The translations under genes were made by a program, and so were the position numbers. The notes beneath the pieces are model-generated. The model worked only from the letters and a program-made list of their open reading frames with translations, was not told the DNA's origin and did no database searches. Positions 1 to 11,373 of a DNA stretch of 52,817 nucleotides are shown piece after piece. Numbering within the stretch: the stretch's first letter is position 1; every line of letters starts with the position of its first letter. The stretch covers positions 1-52,817 of the forward strand of contig JABIZW010000161.1 of the NCBI GenBank assembly GCA_018666295.1, written 5' to 3'. The DNA is from Halieaceae bacterium (GTDB lineage: Bacteria; Pseudomonadota; Gammaproteobacteria; Pseudomonadales; Halieaceae).

Positions 1-436
1 CACAAAGCTATTGGCCTCACTCGGAGGGAATCTCACGGCGGAATCAGTTTTGCGCGCGGATGAAACCACGCTTCGTAGTGCAGGGCTCTCTCGCCAAAAG
101 GTTGAATACATGCGCTGCCTTGCCACCGCTGACGCGACCCAGGTGCTGTCTCTGGAGGCCTTGCCGAGTTTAAGTGATGATGAGGCGATCCGCGCGATTA
201 CTCAGATTAAAGGATTTGGTGACTGGTCAGCCCAAATGTACCTCATGTTTTCATTGGGTAGACCTAATATATGGCCGGTCGGTGACTTGGCTGTGCGCGA
301 GGGATTTAAGCGTATTCATGGGCTCGAAGAGCGTCCAACCATTGGACAGCTCGGTGCGCTTGGCGAGCCGTATCAGCCGCATCGAAGCGCATTGGCCATG
401 TTGTGCTGGCGCTTCTGTACGGCGGAGCCTTTGTGA
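1..436 (+). CDS. DNA-3-methyladenine glycosylase, AlkA/HhH-GPD family (5'-partial)
   Basis: HhH motif 'ITQIKGFGDWSAQMYLMFSLGRPNIWPVGDLAVR'; frame is open back to the window edge; stop overlaps the tadA start (GTGA at 433-436). Confidence 0.85.
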   Translation, partial: TKLLASLGGNLTAESVLRADETTLRSAGLSRQKVEYMRCLATADATQVLSLEALPSLSDDEAIRAITQIKGFGDWSAQMYLMFSLGRPNIWPVGDLAVREGFKRIHGLEERPTIGQLGALGEPYQPHRSALAMLCWRFCTAEPL

Positions 437-921
437 CTGACTTTTCTGATTTAGACACTCGGTTTATGGCGCTTGCGCTTGAAGAGGCGCAGCGTGCTGC
501 CTCGTTAGGTGAAGTGCCGGTCGGCGCGGTCATTGTTCGCGACGATCAGGTGATTGCGCTCGAGTGTAACCGGCAGATAACGCTGAGCGATCCGACAGCG
601 CATGCGGAAGTGTTGGCGCTGAGAAAAGCCGCACAGATGCTGGGTAACTATCGTTTGCCAGAGTGCGAACTGTTCGTCACGCTCGAGCCCTGTACCATGT
701 GCTGTGGCGCCCTAGTGCATGCGCGAATCAAGCGTTTGGTGTTTGCTGCAAAAGAGCCAAAGGCAGGCGCTATTTTGAGCAGCGCGAGTTTGCTCGACAA
801 TGCGTCACTTAATCACCGTGTGGTGTGGCAAGAAGGCCTTATGTCGAGGGAGAGTTCGCGGCTACTTCAGACATTTTTTAGATCTCGCCGGCAGTCAAAG
901 GCTCAGCGGATTCCAGTTTAA
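433..921 (+). CDS. tadA: tRNA adenosine(34) deaminase
   Basis: 'GEVPVGAVIV', 'DPTAHAE', 'TLEPCTMC' zinc deaminase motifs; GTG at 433 chosen over the ORF-track start at 403; sits next to mltF-purL as usual. Confidence 0.95.
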   Translation: MTDFSDLDTRFMALALEEAQRAASLGEVPVGAVIVRDDQVIALECNRQITLSDPTAHAEVLALRKAAQMLGNYRLPECELFVTLEPCTMCCGALVHARIKRLVFAAKEPKAGAILSSASLLDNASLNHRVVWQEGLMSRESSRLLQTFFRSRRQSKAQRIPV

Positions 922-2313
922 AAGCGCATCTTTTGAGCGCGTCACTTCACGAATATTTAAAGGGGGTGATACTGCGCGGCTCGGGATGTCTTTGAGTTGT
1001 AGCGTCGTGTAGTAATGTCGAATATTGTCGATGTAGGTCACGGCTTCTTTTCCTCGGGCAAATCCGTGTCGCAGATGCGGATAAATCGCTGGGTTCTGTA
1101 GGTCAGGCAGCTTCGCGCGAACATCTTGCCAGAGATGTGGATCTTGACCGTTGCCTTCGGTAAGACGCCTCGCCTCCTCGAGATGAGCCATTCCTATATT
1201 GTAGGCAGCCAACGCCATCCAGGTCCGGTCTGGGTCGTCAATGTCGCTGGGCAGTCGGCGTAACAAACTGTTAAGGAATCGAGCGCCACCGCGCAGACTT
1301 TGTTCGGCGTCCAGACGATTCGTTACACCCATTTCTTTCGCTGTGGGTCGTGTGAGCATCATCATTCCGCGCACACCCGTTGGTGATCTTGCAGTAGGGT
1401 CCCAGTGCGACTCCTGGTACGAAATGGCTGCCAGTAATCGCCAGTCGATGCGGAACTCTTGCGCAACTTTTTCGATCAGGGGTCGCCATTTGGGCAGTTG
1501 CATCTCAACCGCTTTTTGGAAAGTAAACGACTCAATGCGAGAGGCATTGGCAACACTTCCAAAGTAGGCCTCTTTCATTTGCTCAAGGGTTCCATTTTGA
1601 GTGACGGTCTTGAGAAACTGGTTTGCCTGATCACGCCACTCCTTGGCGCGCGGATCATTACCCAAGTACCACACCGTGCTCAGTGCCTCTTTGAGTTGAA
1701 AGGCCTCAGCGACACGGGGGTAAAGACGTTGTTGCATTGAAAACTCGCCTGAGTCCAACACCGCAATGTCAGCCTGACCCAATTCGATGGCCTCGAGCAC
1801 CGCGCTTGACTGGGCAGTATCTAAAACACGCCAGCGAATATCCGGATCTATTTCACTGAGTACGCCGAGTCTGAGTCTGTGCTGACTGCCGCGCATGACC
1901 ACGATATCAAGATCGGCTAAATCGTCGAGGGACCGAGGTCGGTACTGACCCGCTTTGTAGACGACCACCGGGTGCTGGTTAAGGTACGTCTCGGTGGACT
2001 CAAATAATTGAGACCTTTCTGTCGATCCTGTTAAACCTGCAGCTGCGATGTGTGCTTCGCCGCGCTTAAGTGTCTCGAAAACGTCCTCTAGTGTGAACGC
2101 GACTTTGACTCTCAGGGTCATCCCTTGCGCATCTGCAAACCCACGAACGAGTTCGTACTCAAACCCTGCCGGCCCGTCTGCGCCTAGATAGTAGGTCGTC
2201 GGTCCATTTCGAGTCACAACCACGAGCTCATTATCAGCGCGAAGGTCCTCGAGCACGGTGGGGTTGCCACAGCTCGTCAAGGTCAATATTGCGATAATGA
2301 ACCAAGATCTCAT
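895..2313 (-). CDS. mltF: Membrane-bound lytic murein transglycosylase F
   Basis: N-terminal substrate-binding domain ('GFEYEL') plus SLT domain ('YQESHW','GVRGMMMLT','AAYNIG'); start MRSWFII at 2313 with lipobox-like LTSC; tadA-mltF-purL synteny. Confidence 0.93.
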   Translation of the reverse strand: MRSWFIIAILTLTSCGNPTVLEDLRADNELVVVTRNGPTTYYLGADGPAGFEYELVRGFADAQGMTLRVKVAFTLEDVFETLKRGEAHIAAAGLTGSTERSQLFESTETYLNQHPVVVYKAGQYRPRSLDDLADLDIVVMRGSQHRLRLGVLSEIDPDIRWRVLDTAQSSAVLEAIELGQADIAVLDSGEFSMQQRLYPRVAEAFQLKEALSTVWYLGNDPRAKEWRDQANQFLKTVTQNGTLEQMKEAYFGSVANASRIESFTFQKAVEMQLPKWRPLIEKVAQEFRIDWRLLAAISYQESHWDPTARSPTGVRGMMMLTRPTAKEMGVTNRLDAEQSLRGGARFLNSLLRRLPSDIDDPDRTWMALAAYNIGMAHLEEARRLTEGNGQDPHLWQDVRAKLPDLQNPAIYPHLRHGFARGKEAVTYIDNIRHYYTTLQLKDIPSRAVSPPLNIREVTRSKDALLNWNPLSL

Positions 2314-2347
2314 GTCGTCAGTGTAGCCCAGATCTTTACTCTGAACA

Positions 2348-2376
2348 TTCACCCAGCGACGCAGGCACGGTATGAT
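2348..2376 (+). promoter_or_regulatory. Putative sigma70 promoter of purL
   Basis: TTCACC (2348-53), 17-bp spacer, TATGAT (2371-76), then a GC-rich discriminator. Confidence 0.5.
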
Positions 2377-2403
2377 GTGCGCTTCTTCGTTTAGGATCTG
2401 CAC

Positions 2404-5400
2404 ATGCTTCTTTTGCCCGGGTCGGACGCACTCTCTGCGGCTCGATTTATGCGGCTATCTCAACAGGTAGCTGAACTCGATTCCAAACTGATGCTCAGAC
2501 ACGCATATTTTGTCTATGCCATTGATGCTGAGGGTGAGCTTGACAGTGAAAAGCTTGGCGCGTTGCTGCAGCCGGGAACAAGTCCCCTGCCGCGAGATGA
2601 CGCGCTGACCGAACAGCATGTTGTTGTTGTCGCGCCGCGCTTTGGCACGATTTCTCCCTGGTCAAGCAAGGCAACAAATATCGCACGCAACTGCGATTTT
2701 GATGCGGTTAACCGCATTGAACGGGCAGTGGTCTATGTGATCGACGGACTGGGTTCCCTCGCAGACCCGACGGCATTGCATGGTCTTTTGCATGACAGAA
2801 TGGTCGAGACGACCCTGAGCACACTCGAGCAACTTTCGGGTTTATTCACTGCTATTGACCCGACGCCATTGACGAGCGTGTCCGTCATGGAAGAGGGTCG
2901 AGACGCGCTAGTCTGCGCCAATACGGCTCTTGGATTGGCCTTGGCAGACGATGAAATCGATTATCTTACCGATGCGTTTAAGGCGTTGGGGCGCGATCCG
3001 TCCGATGCAGAGCTCATGATGTTTGCACAAGCAAACTCGGAACACTGCCGGCACAAAATCTTCAACGCCTCGTGGACTATTAATGGCATTGACCAGGAAT
3101 GGTCCTTGTTTGGCATGATTAAAAACACCTATCAGCAGGGCGGTGAAAACGTCCTTTCTGCCTACTCGGATAACGCGGCTGTTGTCGCGGGTCATACTGC
3201 CGGGCGTTTTTATCCGGATCCCTCGTCTCAGTCTTGGCGTTATCACGACGAGCCTATTGCCCTATTGATGAAAGTTGAAACCCACAATCACCCCACGGCG
3301 ATAGCACCTTTTGCAGGTGCAGGGACGGGCTCGGGTGGCGAAATTCGAGACGAGGGTGCGGTGGGTCGTGGTTCTCGACCCAAAGCGGGGCTGTGTGGAT
3401 TTACCGTCTCGCATTTGAATTTAGAAGAGTACCCGCGACCGTGGGAACTGAACTACGGAAAGCCCGACCGTATCGTCACACCGCGTCAAATTATGACCGA
3501 AGGCCCCCTGGGTGCTGCCGCGTTTAACAATGAGTTTGGACGTCCGAATTTGGGCGGCTACTTCAGAACCTTTGAGGTTGAGACCAGTGAGGGTGTGAGG
3601 GGTTATCACAAGCCCATTATGGTCGCCGGTGGTTTCGGCAACATCAAGGTTGAGCACGTTGATAAGCCGCCATTTGATGCGGGTGCCAAGTTGGTGGTGT
3701 TGGGTGGTCCGGCCATGCTTATTGGCCTAGGCGGCGGTGCCGCGTCTTCTATGGCAAGTGGCGCAAGCACTGAAGATCTCGACTTTGCTTCGGTGCAGCG
3801 ACAAAACCCGGAAATGCAACGCAGATGCCAGGAGGTTATTGATCGATGTTGGGAGCGTGGAGACGATAATCCGATCGCGTTTATTCATGATGTTGGTGCT
3901 GGTGGCTTGAGCAATGCGTTCCCCGAGCTCGTGAAAGACGGCGGTTGCGGAGGGGATTTCGAGTTGCGCAACATCCCGAGTGACGAGAAGGGTATGAGTC
4001 CCCTCGAAATTTGGTGTAACGAGTCCCAAGAGCGTTACGTCATGGCCATTAATCCCGAGAACCTAGAGATTTTTAAAGCCATGTGTGAGCGCGAGCGTTG
4101 CCCTCATGCGGTTGTGGGGGAGGCGACCCACGATCAGCATCTGCGAATGGGTGACCGGCTGTTTAAGAACAACCCTGTTGATTTACCGCTCTCGCTCCTC
4201 TTTGGCAAACCACCCAAAATGCATAGAAGCACCGGGCATGTGGCCCCACCTGCTGACGCGTTCAATGGGGCGGTTCCTATTTCGGACGCACTCGAGCGAG
4301 TGCTGACCTTTCCTGCAGTGGGCAGCAAGGCTTTTTTAATCACTATCGGCGACCGCTCGGTCACTGGGACGGTTGCGCGGGATCAAATGGTGGGGCCCTG
4401 GCAAGTGCCAGTGGCTGACGTTGCGGTCACTACAGCGGGACTTGATACGCATTTGGGTGAGGCGATGAGCATGGGTGAAAGAACCCCCGTGGCCACATTG
4501 AATGGCCCTGCGTCGGCTCGTTTGGCGGTGGCCGAGGCCATTACTAATCTATTGGCTGCGCCTGTCTCGTCTTTACAGGATATTAAGTTGTCGGCGAACT
4601 GGATGTCTGCCGCAGGGTACCGTGGTGACGATGCGGTGTTGTACGACACTGTTAAAGCCGTTGGGCTCGACTTTTGTCCGGAGCTCGGGATAACCATCCC
4701 TGTGGGCAAGGACTCGATGTCAATGCGGACCCAATGGGATGATAATGGCGAGGCCAAGAGTGTGACTGCGCCGGTGTCACTGATTGTCACCGCTTTTGCC
4801 CCCGTGGGTGATGCTCACGAAACGTTGACGCCCGAGTTATTTCGCGACGAGGCAACCAGTATCCTGTTGATTGATTTGGGGCGTGGGCAGAATCGACTGG
4901 GTGGCTCCGCGCTTGCGCAGACATACGGTCAGTTAGGCTCCAGTGTTCCTGATGTGGCCGCAGCTGATGTAAAAGCATTGTTTGCTGCAATGGTTGAGCT
5001 AAAAGCCGCAAACACTGTTTTGGCGTATCACGATCGCTCTGACGGTGGTGCACTGATTGCACTGCTGGAAATGGCATTTGCCGCACGTTGTGGGCTCGAG
5101 ATCGATGTGGATTCGACACCCGAGCAGGCCCCGGCGCTGCTGTTTAATGAAGAGGTGGGTGTGCTGATCCAGGTGGCAGACACGCAGCTGAGTGTCGTTA
5201 GTGAAGTGCTGGGGAGACACGGTCTCTCTGATGTTGCAGTTGTTTTAGCCAAGCCACGATTGGATGAGCGAGTGGTGGTGAATACCCCGTCGTTTGAGCT
5301 GATTGACAGTCGTCGTGGCGCACTGCAACAGCTTTGGGCGCAAAATAGTTTTGCAATTCAGCGAGCGCGTGACAACGCTGACTGTGCTGATCAAGAGTAC

Positions 5401-6267
5401 GCACAGATTATCGCTGACGACCCAGGTTTAAGCGCCACACTGACTTTTGATGTGTCAAACGACGTATCGGCACCCATGATTGCCACCGGTGTTCGGCCGA
5501 AAATCGCAATTCTCCGTGAGCAAGGGGTTAACGGTCAGGCTGAGATGGCGGCAGCATTCCATCGAGCAGGGTTCGATGCGACGGACGTGCACATGTCCGA
5601 TCTTAAGTCGGGTCGTCAACACCTTGACGACTTCAAAGGGTTTGCGGCCTGCGGTGGCTTCTCTTACGGCGATGTTTTGGGCGCGGGTGAGGGCTGGGCA
5701 AAAGGGGTCTTATTTGACGCGGCAATGAGTGATCAGTTTCAGGCGTTTTTTGACCGCGAAGACACTTTTGCGCTCGGCGTTTGTAACGGCTGTCAAATGC
5801 TGTCAGCACTGGCGCCGTTGATTCCAGGAACCGAGCACTGGCCGAGGTTCGCGCGAAATCTCTCGGAGCAGTACGAGGCGAGATTGGTACGAGTTCGTGT
5901 CGAGGAATCTGCATCAATTTTAACGATGGGCATGGGTGGATCTGAACTGCCAATTGTCGTCGCTCACGGAGAAGGAAGAGCACAATTTTCCAGCGTCCAC
6001 GATCTCTCGGCTCTCGAGTCTTCCAACCGTGTCTCGCTGCGCTACATCGATAATCAGGACCAAGTGGCTGCGACCTTCCCCGCAAATCCTAACGGGTCGC
6101 CAAACGGCGTCACCGGGCTTTGCAATGCGGACGGGCGGGTCAATATTATGATGCCGCATCCAGAGCGCGTGTTTAGGACAGTGCAAATGTCGTGGGCACC
6201 TGCAGACTGGCCTGAGGACTCGGGCTGGATGCGTTTGTTCCGTAATGCACGCGTATGGGTGGATTAG
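2404..6267 (+). CDS. purL: Phosphoribosylformylglycinamidine synthase (large single-chain type)
   Basis: 1287 aa; '[11 protein letters not shown]', 'KVETHNHPT', 'LGVCNGCQM', 'MMPHPER'. Confidence 0.98.
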   Translation: MLLLPGSDALSAARFMRLSQQVAELDSKLMLRHAYFVYAIDAEGELDSEKLGALLQPGTSPLPRDDALTEQHVVVVAPRFGTISPWSSKATNIARNCDFDAVNRIERAVVYVIDGLGSLADPTALHGLLHDRMVETTLSTLEQLSGLFTAIDPTPLTSVSVMEEGRDALVCANTALGLALADDEIDYLTDAFKALGRDPSDAELMMFAQANSEHCRHKIFNASWTINGIDQEWSLFGMIKNTYQQGGENVLSAYSDNAAVVAGHTAGRFYPDPSSQSWRYHDEPIALLMKVETHNHPTAIAPFAGAGTGSGGEIRDEGAVGRGSRPKAGLCGFTVSHLNLEEYPRPWELNYGKPDRIVTPRQIMTEGPLGAAAFNNEFGRPNLGGYFRTFEVETSEGVRGYHKPIMVAGGFGNIKVEHVDKPPFDAGAKLVVLGGPAMLIGLGGGAASSMASGASTEDLDFASVQRQNPEMQRRCQEVIDRCWERGDDNPIAFIHDVGAGGLSNAFPELVKDGGCGGDFELRNIPSDEKGMSPLEIWCNESQERYVMAINPENLEIFKAMCERERCPHAVVGEATHDQHLRMGDRLFKNNPVDLPLSLLFGKPPKMHRSTGHVAPPADAFNGAVPISDALERVLTFPAVGSKAFLITIGDRSVTGTVARDQMVGPWQVPVADVAVTTAGLDTHLGEAMSMGERTPVATLNGPASARLAVAEAITNLLAAPVSSLQDIKLSANWMSAAGYRGDDAVLYDTVKAVGLDFCPELGITIPVGKDSMSMRTQWDDNGEAKSVTAPVSLIVTAFAPVGDAHETLTPELFRDEATSILLIDLGRGQNRLGGSALAQTYGQLGSSVPDVAAADVKALFAAMVELKAANTVLAYHDRSDGGALIALLEMAFAARCGLEIDVDSTPEQAPALLFNEEVGVLIQVADTQLSVVSEVLGRHGLSDVAVVLAKPRLDERVVVNTPSFELIDSRRGALQQLWAQNSFAIQRARDNADCADQEYAQIIADDPGLSATLTFDVSNDVSAPMIATGVRPKIAILREQGVNGQAEMAAAFHRAGFDATDVHMSDLKSGRQHLDDFKGFAACGGFSYGDVLGAGEGWAKGVLFDAAMSDQFQAFFDREDTFALGVCNGCQMLSALAPLIPGTEHWPRFARNLSEQYEARLVRVRVEESASILTMGMGGSELPIVVAHGEGRAQFSSVHDLSALESSNRVSLRYIDNQDQVAATFPANPNGSPNGVTGLCNADGRVNIMMPHPERVFRTVQMSWAPADWPEDSGWMRLFRNARVWVD

Positions 6268-6280
6268 ATTTGAAACTCGA

Positions 6281-6309
6281 TAGCCTAAACACCACTCACA
6301 AGCTAAACT
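6281..6309 (+). promoter_or_regulatory. Putative sigma70 promoter of secDF
   Basis: TAGCCT, 17-bp spacer, TAAACT, then a GC-rich tract. Confidence 0.35.
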
Positions 6310-6359
6310 TCGCGCCTTTCCAGCACCTCGATGTGCTGCGCTAGTCGTATGGAGCCCCA

Positions 6360-8267
6360 ATGCTAAACCGGTATTCACTGTGGAAAAATGCGGTCATCGC
6401 ACTGATTGTCGCGATGGGATTTTATTACGCTGCCCCAAACTTATATGCGCCCGACCCCGCACTTCAAATTGGTGGTTCTAGTGGTTCGCAAGGTGTTGAC
6501 GAAGACCTACTTGTGCTTGCCAGCGAAGCACTCACTGCGGCTGAGATTGAACACTTTGGTCAGGAAGTCCAAGCCTCGGGTAAAACGGGCCTAGTGAGGC
6601 TCCAAAATCGGGACCAGCAGTTAAAAGCGCAGGCCGTACTTCAGCGCGCTTTGGGCGACGGTTTTATTGTGGCACTGAACCTGGCTCCAACAACTCCAGA
6701 ATGGTTGATGACGGGTGGCGCTCAGCCGATGAAGCTTGGACTAGATCTGAGCGGTGGTGTTCATTTTAAGCTTGAGGTCGATGTTGACGCGGCCACGGAG
6801 CGCAAGCTAGAACAATACGAAAACGGGATTAAGCGACGACTTCGTGACGAGCGTATTCGTGGTCGAGTAGCGCTCGACGGCACGCGAATCGGCATGACGT
6901 TTCGAGCGGTTGATGACCGTGAAGCGGCGCGTGCGGCAGTGCGTGAGCTGTACCCCGAACTGTTGCTTGATCGCGTGGACGACGACACGCCTCAGTTATT
7001 TGCTGAAGTGACTCCGGCCACTATTGCAGAAGTGGTTGAATACGCTGTTGCTCAGAACCTCACGACGCTTAGAAACAGGGTTAATGAGTTAGGCGTGTCA
7101 GAGCCTCTGGTCCAACGACAAGGTAAGAATCGAATTGTCGTTGAGCTCCCCGGTATTCAAGACACGGCTGAAGCAAAGCGCATCTTGGGTAAGGTTGCGA
7201 ATTTGGAGTTCCGGCTGGTTGCAGAGACCAGTGCGCCGATTTCAGAGCGCCAGCGATTTGATTACCGCGGGGAGAGTCGCCAAGGCATGACGGAATGGCT
7301 CGAGCGCGACATCATCATTACCGGTGAGCGGGTTTCAAATGCCGCGTCGAGCTTCGATCAAAACGGCCAACCCAATGTTCAAATTACGCTTGATGGTGAA
7401 GGCGGCATGTTGATGTCTAGAGCAACGCGCGCCAACGTTAAGCGACGTATGGGGGTGCTCTTCATTGAGCGTAAGTATCGGACGCGTTACGAAACCGACG
7501 AAGAGGGTGCCACTGTCGTCATACGTGACCCCTATGATGAGAAGAAAGTGCTGACCGCACCGGTCATCCAATCAGCGTTGGGCGCTCAGTTCCAAATTAC
7601 CGGTTTGGACAACCCAGGAGAGGCATCAGAGCTGGCACTGATGTTGCGAGCAGGCGCATTAGCCGCTCCGATCAGCTTTGTTGAAGAGCGGACTGTGGGT
7701 CCTTCTCTGGGTGCCGAAAATATTGAGCTGGGCATGAAGTCGCTCCAGCTAGGGCTTGCGCTCGTTGTACTCTTTATGGCCGTTTATTACCGTGTGTTTG
7801 GTGTCATAGCCGTCGTTGCGTTGTCTGCAAACCTCGTTCTCTTGGTGGCCGTTATGTCTCTGCTGAGTGCAACTCTGACCCTCCCGGGTATTGCCGGTAT
7901 CGTCTTGACGGTGGGTATGGCGGTGGATGCTAATGTCTTGATTTTTGCTCGTATTCGAGAGGAGCTGGCGGCTGGGACATCCAACCAACTGGCTATTCAC
8001 AGTGGGTTTGAGCGCGCAGTAACCACAATTTTGGATGCAAATATTACGACGCTGATTGTGGCGGTGATTTTGTATGCAGTGGGTACGGGACCGATCAAGG
8101 GATTTGCGGTCACGCTCTCGGTCGGCATTATCACGTCAATGTTCACGGCGATTATGGGCACCCGCGCGCTGGTTAATGTGGTTTACGGAGGGCGGCGTGT
8201 TCAACGTCTCAGCATAGGTCGCGTTCGCATGAAAGCCGATGCAAATACTGAAGGGGCAACGGCATGA
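6360..8267 (+). CDS. secD: Protein translocase subunit SecD
   Basis: 'MLNRYSLWK', 'LGLDLSGGVHF', 'RVNELGVSEP', 'GMAVDANVLIFARIREE'. Confidence 0.97.
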   Translation: MLNRYSLWKNAVIALIVAMGFYYAAPNLYAPDPALQIGGSSGSQGVDEDLLVLASEALTAAEIEHFGQEVQASGKTGLVRLQNRDQQLKAQAVLQRALGDGFIVALNLAPTTPEWLMTGGAQPMKLGLDLSGGVHFKLEVDVDAATERKLEQYENGIKRRLRDERIRGRVALDGTRIGMTFRAVDDREAARAAVRELYPELLLDRVDDDTPQLFAEVTPATIAEVVEYAVAQNLTTLRNRVNELGVSEPLVQRQGKNRIVVELPGIQDTAEAKRILGKVANLEFRLVAETSAPISERQRFDYRGESRQGMTEWLERDIIITGERVSNAASSFDQNGQPNVQITLDGEGGMLMSRATRANVKRRMGVLFIERKYRTRYETDEEGATVVIRDPYDEKKVLTAPVIQSALGAQFQITGLDNPGEASELALMLRAGALAAPISFVEERTVGPSLGAENIELGMKSLQLGLALVVLFMAVYYRVFGVIAVVALSANLVLLVAVMSLLSATLTLPGIAGIVLTVGMAVDANVLIFARIREELAAGTSNQLAIHSGFERAVTTILDANITTLIVAVILYAVGTGPIKGFAVTLSVGIITSMFTAIMGTRALVNVVYGGRRVQRLSIGRVRMKADANTEGATA

Positions 8268-9178
8268 AACCGATAGCATTTATGCGTGGCCGCTTTGTAG
8301 CGGCGGCGTTTTCAGGCGTTCTTTTACTCGCCACGGTCGTTTCGCTGGCAGTGCAGCAATTAAACTGGGGTCTCGACTTCACCGGCGGCACGCTCATCGA
8401 GCTTAACTATGAGGACAGTGCGGATCTTGGTGCGATCAGAACACAATTGAGCTCAGGCGGTTTTGAAGGCGCCATGGTGGTCAGTTTTGGTAACGACAAG
8501 GATGTGCTCGTGCGACTCCCGATCAGTTACTCGGACGCTGACGGCGCGAGGATGGTTGAAGTCCTGCGGGGTGCAACCACACAAGATATTATTTTACAGC
8601 GCATGGAGTTTGTTGGACCGCAGGTCGGTGATGAACTGCGGGAGCAAGGTGGGCTTGCGATGCTCCTTGCACTCGGTCTTGTGTTGATTTACGTCGGATT
8701 CAGATTTCAAATTAAATTCGCCATGGGTGCGGTCGTTGCACTCGCACATGATGTGTTGATCATTCTCGGGTTTTTCTCGCTCACGCGACTGGAGTTTGAT
8801 TTGTCAGTGCTCGCTGCGATTCTTGCCGTCATCGGATATTCCTTGAACGATACAATTGTCGTGTCAGATCGGATACGCGAAAACCTGCGCAAGATTAGAA
8901 AGACAGCCCCTTTAGGTGTCATCGATATTTCGCTCAATGAAACGCTTGGTCGGACATTGGTAACCTCGCTGACGACAATGCTGGTTCTCACATCGCTTGC
9001 TGTATTGGGTGGCGATATGATTTTCGGCTTTGCTGTGGCGCTTTTGGTGGGCGTGACGGTGGGAACGTATTCGTCAATCTACGTGGCGTCTACCTCACTG
9101 CTCGCGCTTGGCGTGAACAAAGAAGACGTTGCTATTCCCGTCAGGGAAGGCGCAGAGCAGGACGAGATTGCGCCCTAG
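8264..9178 (+). CDS. secF: Protein translocase subunit SecF
   Basis: 'WGLDFTGG', 'GYSLNDTIVVSDRIREN'; ATGA overlap with secD. Confidence 0.97.
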   Translation: MKPIAFMRGRFVAAAFSGVLLLATVVSLAVQQLNWGLDFTGGTLIELNYEDSADLGAIRTQLSSGGFEGAMVVSFGNDKDVLVRLPISYSDADGARMVEVLRGATTQDIILQRMEFVGPQVGDELREQGGLAMLLALGLVLIYVGFRFQIKFAMGAVVALAHDVLIILGFFSLTRLEFDLSVLAAILAVIGYSLNDTIVVSDRIRENLRKIRKTAPLGVIDISLNETLGRTLVTSLTTMLVLTSLAVLGGDMIFGFAVALLVGVTVGTYSSIYVASTSLLALGVNKEDVAIPVREGAEQDEIAP

Positions 9179-9181
9179 CGG

Positions 9182-9964
9182 CTATCGAATCGATGCCGCG
9201 ATTTGCTTAAGCAGTTTGGGATTTGCGGTCATAATGTCACCGCCATCAAGAACATCGTCACTGCCTTTGAAGTTGGTCACCAATCCGCCTGACTCTCTGA
9301 TCAGAAGGGCGCCTGCAGCGATATCCCAGGGCTTGAGGCCTGCTTCCCAAAATCCATCCAGACGGCCTGCTGCGACATAGGCAAGATCCAGTGCTGCAGC
9401 CCCCATGCGGCGAATACCCATAGAGTTGCCCGCAATGTGCCCTAAGCCCTTGAGGTACCAGTCCATTTGGTCATCGCAATGGCCCAAAAACGGAGTGCCG
9501 GTGCCTATCAGGCACTCAGCGAGATTTGTGCGATCCGATACTCTGATCCGTCTGCCGTTGACTTGCGCGCCACGTCCGCGAGAGGCTGTAAACTCTTCTT
9601 GTCTGACCGGATCCAAGATGATTGCGTGCTCAAGCTTTCCATTTTTCACGCACGCCATGCTGACGCAATAATGCGGGACGCCGCGCATAAAATTACTGGT
9701 GCCGTCGAGTGGGTCGATAATCCAGACATATTCCGCGTTTTCCGGACCCGTTCGCCCACTTTCCTCGCAGATGAATGCATGGTCGGGGTAGGTTTTCTTG
9801 AGGTTGTAAAGAATCTCTTGCTCTGAGGCGAGATCAACCTCCGTAACAAAATCTGCCTTTCCCTTGGCCTCGAAGCGGAGCCGTGTTAGGTCATCTGACG
9901 CGCGAGCAATAAGGTTGCCTGCTTTGCGGGCTGCGCGAAGCGCGATATTAACCATAGGTTCCAT
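9182..9964 (-). CDS. suhB: Inositol monophosphatase family / Nus factor SuhB
   Basis: 'WIIDPLDGTSNF', 'GAAALDLAYVAAGR', 'PWDIAAG'; divergent from trmJ. Confidence 0.95.
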   Translation of the reverse strand: MEPMVNIALRAARKAGNLIARASDDLTRLRFEAKGKADFVTEVDLASEQEILYNLKKTYPDHAFICEESGRTGPENAEYVWIIDPLDGTSNFMRGVPHYCVSMACVKNGKLEHAIILDPVRQEEFTASRGRGAQVNGRRIRVSDRTNLAECLIGTGTPFLGHCDDQMDWYLKGLGHIAGNSMGIRRMGAAALDLAYVAAGRLDGFWEAGLKPWDIAAGALLIRESGGLVTNFKGSDDVLDGGDIMTANPKLLKQIAASIR

Positions 9965-10064
9965 GAAACTATCCGGGTATTCGAGAAGACGCGCGATGAT
10001 AGCAAGAAGCGCGCGTCGGCGTTAGGGTTTGCTACACTCGCGGCCCAGCAAATTAGGTTCATTT

Positions 10065-10808
10065 ATGAATTCGAACAACATACAAGTTGTACTGGTTAAT
10101 CCTTCGCATCCTGGGAATATCGGCGCAGTCGCACGCGCTATGAAAAATATGGGTTTACGTAAGTTGGTACTTGTGGATCCCCACAAATTCCCAGATCCGG
10201 AGGCCCAGTGGCGTTCCGCGAGTGCTGTCGACATTATTGATAGTGCGAGAGTCGTGAGTTCCCTTGACGAGGCGATCAAGGACAGTCAGTTCGTCGTGGG
10301 TACGAGCGCACGCGATCGACGGATACCCTGGCCTGTACAAGACGCTCGTCTGACGGCGCGACGAATCGTTGACCACTCCGTCAGTGAAAACGTATCGATA
10401 CTGTTTGGTCGGGAGGACAGTGGGCTCAATAATGAGGAGCTCAAGCGTTGTAATTTGCACTGTCACATACCAACGCACCCCGACTATGAGTCACTCAATT
10501 TGTCGATGGCTGTGCAGATCGTATGCTATGAGATTCGAATGACGGAACTCGAGGGCACGCTGCCGCGCGAGGAGGATTCCGACTGGGAAAACCCTTTCGC
10601 TACGGCCCAAGACATGGAGTACTTCTTTGAGCACCTCGAAGCGACGCTTGTTGACCTTGATTTTTTAAATCCCGCAGCGCCCAAGCGACTGATGACCAGG
10701 CTTCGGCGTTTGTTTACTCGGGTACGTTTGGACGAAATGGAGGTGCAAATCCTCAGAGGTGTGTTGAAAGAGACCCGCCGAGTTGTTGGAGAAAATCGCA
10801 ATAAATAA
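10065..10808 (+). CDS. trmJ: tRNA (cytidine/uridine-2'-O-)-methyltransferase TrmJ
   Basis: SPOUT motifs 'HPGNIGAVARAMKNMG', 'FGREDSGL', 'SLNLSMAVQ'; ATG at 10065. Confidence 0.93.
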   Translation: MNSNNIQVVLVNPSHPGNIGAVARAMKNMGLRKLVLVDPHKFPDPEAQWRSASAVDIIDSARVVSSLDEAIKDSQFVVGTSARDRRIPWPVQDARLTARRIVDHSVSENVSILFGREDSGLNNEELKRCNLHCHIPTHPDYESLNLSMAVQIVCYEIRMTELEGTLPREEDSDWENPFATAQDMEYFFEHLEATLVDLDFLNPAAPKRLMTRLRRLFTRVRLDEMEVQILRGVLKETRRVVGENRNK

Positions 10809-10832
10809 CGCCCTTATGTGGCGCATTGTGTA

Positions 10833-10857
10833 ATTCTTGACTAAACTAGTCAGGTAT
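10833..10857 (+). promoter_or_regulatory. IscR type-1 operator (autoregulatory site)
   Basis: ATTCTTGACTAAACTAGTCAGGTAT closely fits the 25-bp type-1 consensus ATASYYGACTRWWWYAGTCRRSTAT; ends 24 bp before the iscR ATG. Confidence 0.85.
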
Positions 10858-10881
10858 TCAAAGCGTGCCATTAAATTTGCA

Positions 10882-11349
10882 ATGAAATTGACGACTCGAG
10901 GCCGCTACGCGGTGACTGCAATGCTCGATCTTGCCATCCACGGTGGGGAGCAGCCCATTACGCTTGCTGACATCTCGGCGCGTCAAGAGATTTCGCTGTC
11001 GTATCTGGAGCAGTTGTTTTCAAAGCTAAGACGGGAAGCGCTCGTGCGCAGTGTGCGAGGTCCAGGCGGTGGCTATCAGTTGGCTCGGTCGAGCGATCTG
11101 ATTTATGTGGCGCAGATCATCGATGCCGTTGACGAGTCTATCGATGCAACGAACTGTCAGGGGCGTGGCGATTGCAACCACGGTGAGGTGTGCCTTACAC
11201 ATCACCTTTGGCAGGACTTATCGGACCAGATACATGGTTTCTTGAGTGGCATCAGTTTAGATCAATTGGTTAACCGTGACGGTTACCCGCAAGCAGGTTA
11301 CATGGCTGGGCTTGTCGAAGCGCAACCATTGACCGTTAGAGAATTATAG
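10882..11349 (+). CDS. iscR: Fe-S cluster assembly transcription factor IscR
   Basis: '[18 protein letters not shown]', 'SVRGPGGGY', three Cys plus His cluster ligands '[19 protein letters not shown]'. Confidence 0.96.
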   Translation: MKLTTRGRYAVTAMLDLAIHGGEQPITLADISARQEISLSYLEQLFSKLRREALVRSVRGPGGGYQLARSSDLIYVAQIIDAVDESIDATNCQGRGDCNHGEVCLTHHLWQDLSDQIHGFLSGISLDQLVNRDGYPQAGYMAGLVEAQPLTVREL

Positions 11350-11373
11350 GCCGAGAGGCTAAAGGACTGATTT

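Noticed and set aside
2314-2403. ORF-track N-terminal extensions of mltF (2403), tadA (403), trmJ (10029), iscR (10837), fdx (15707) and rlmN (16431)
   Set aside because: They run through promoters, operators or upstream genes; family-typical N-termini begin at the downstream starts used
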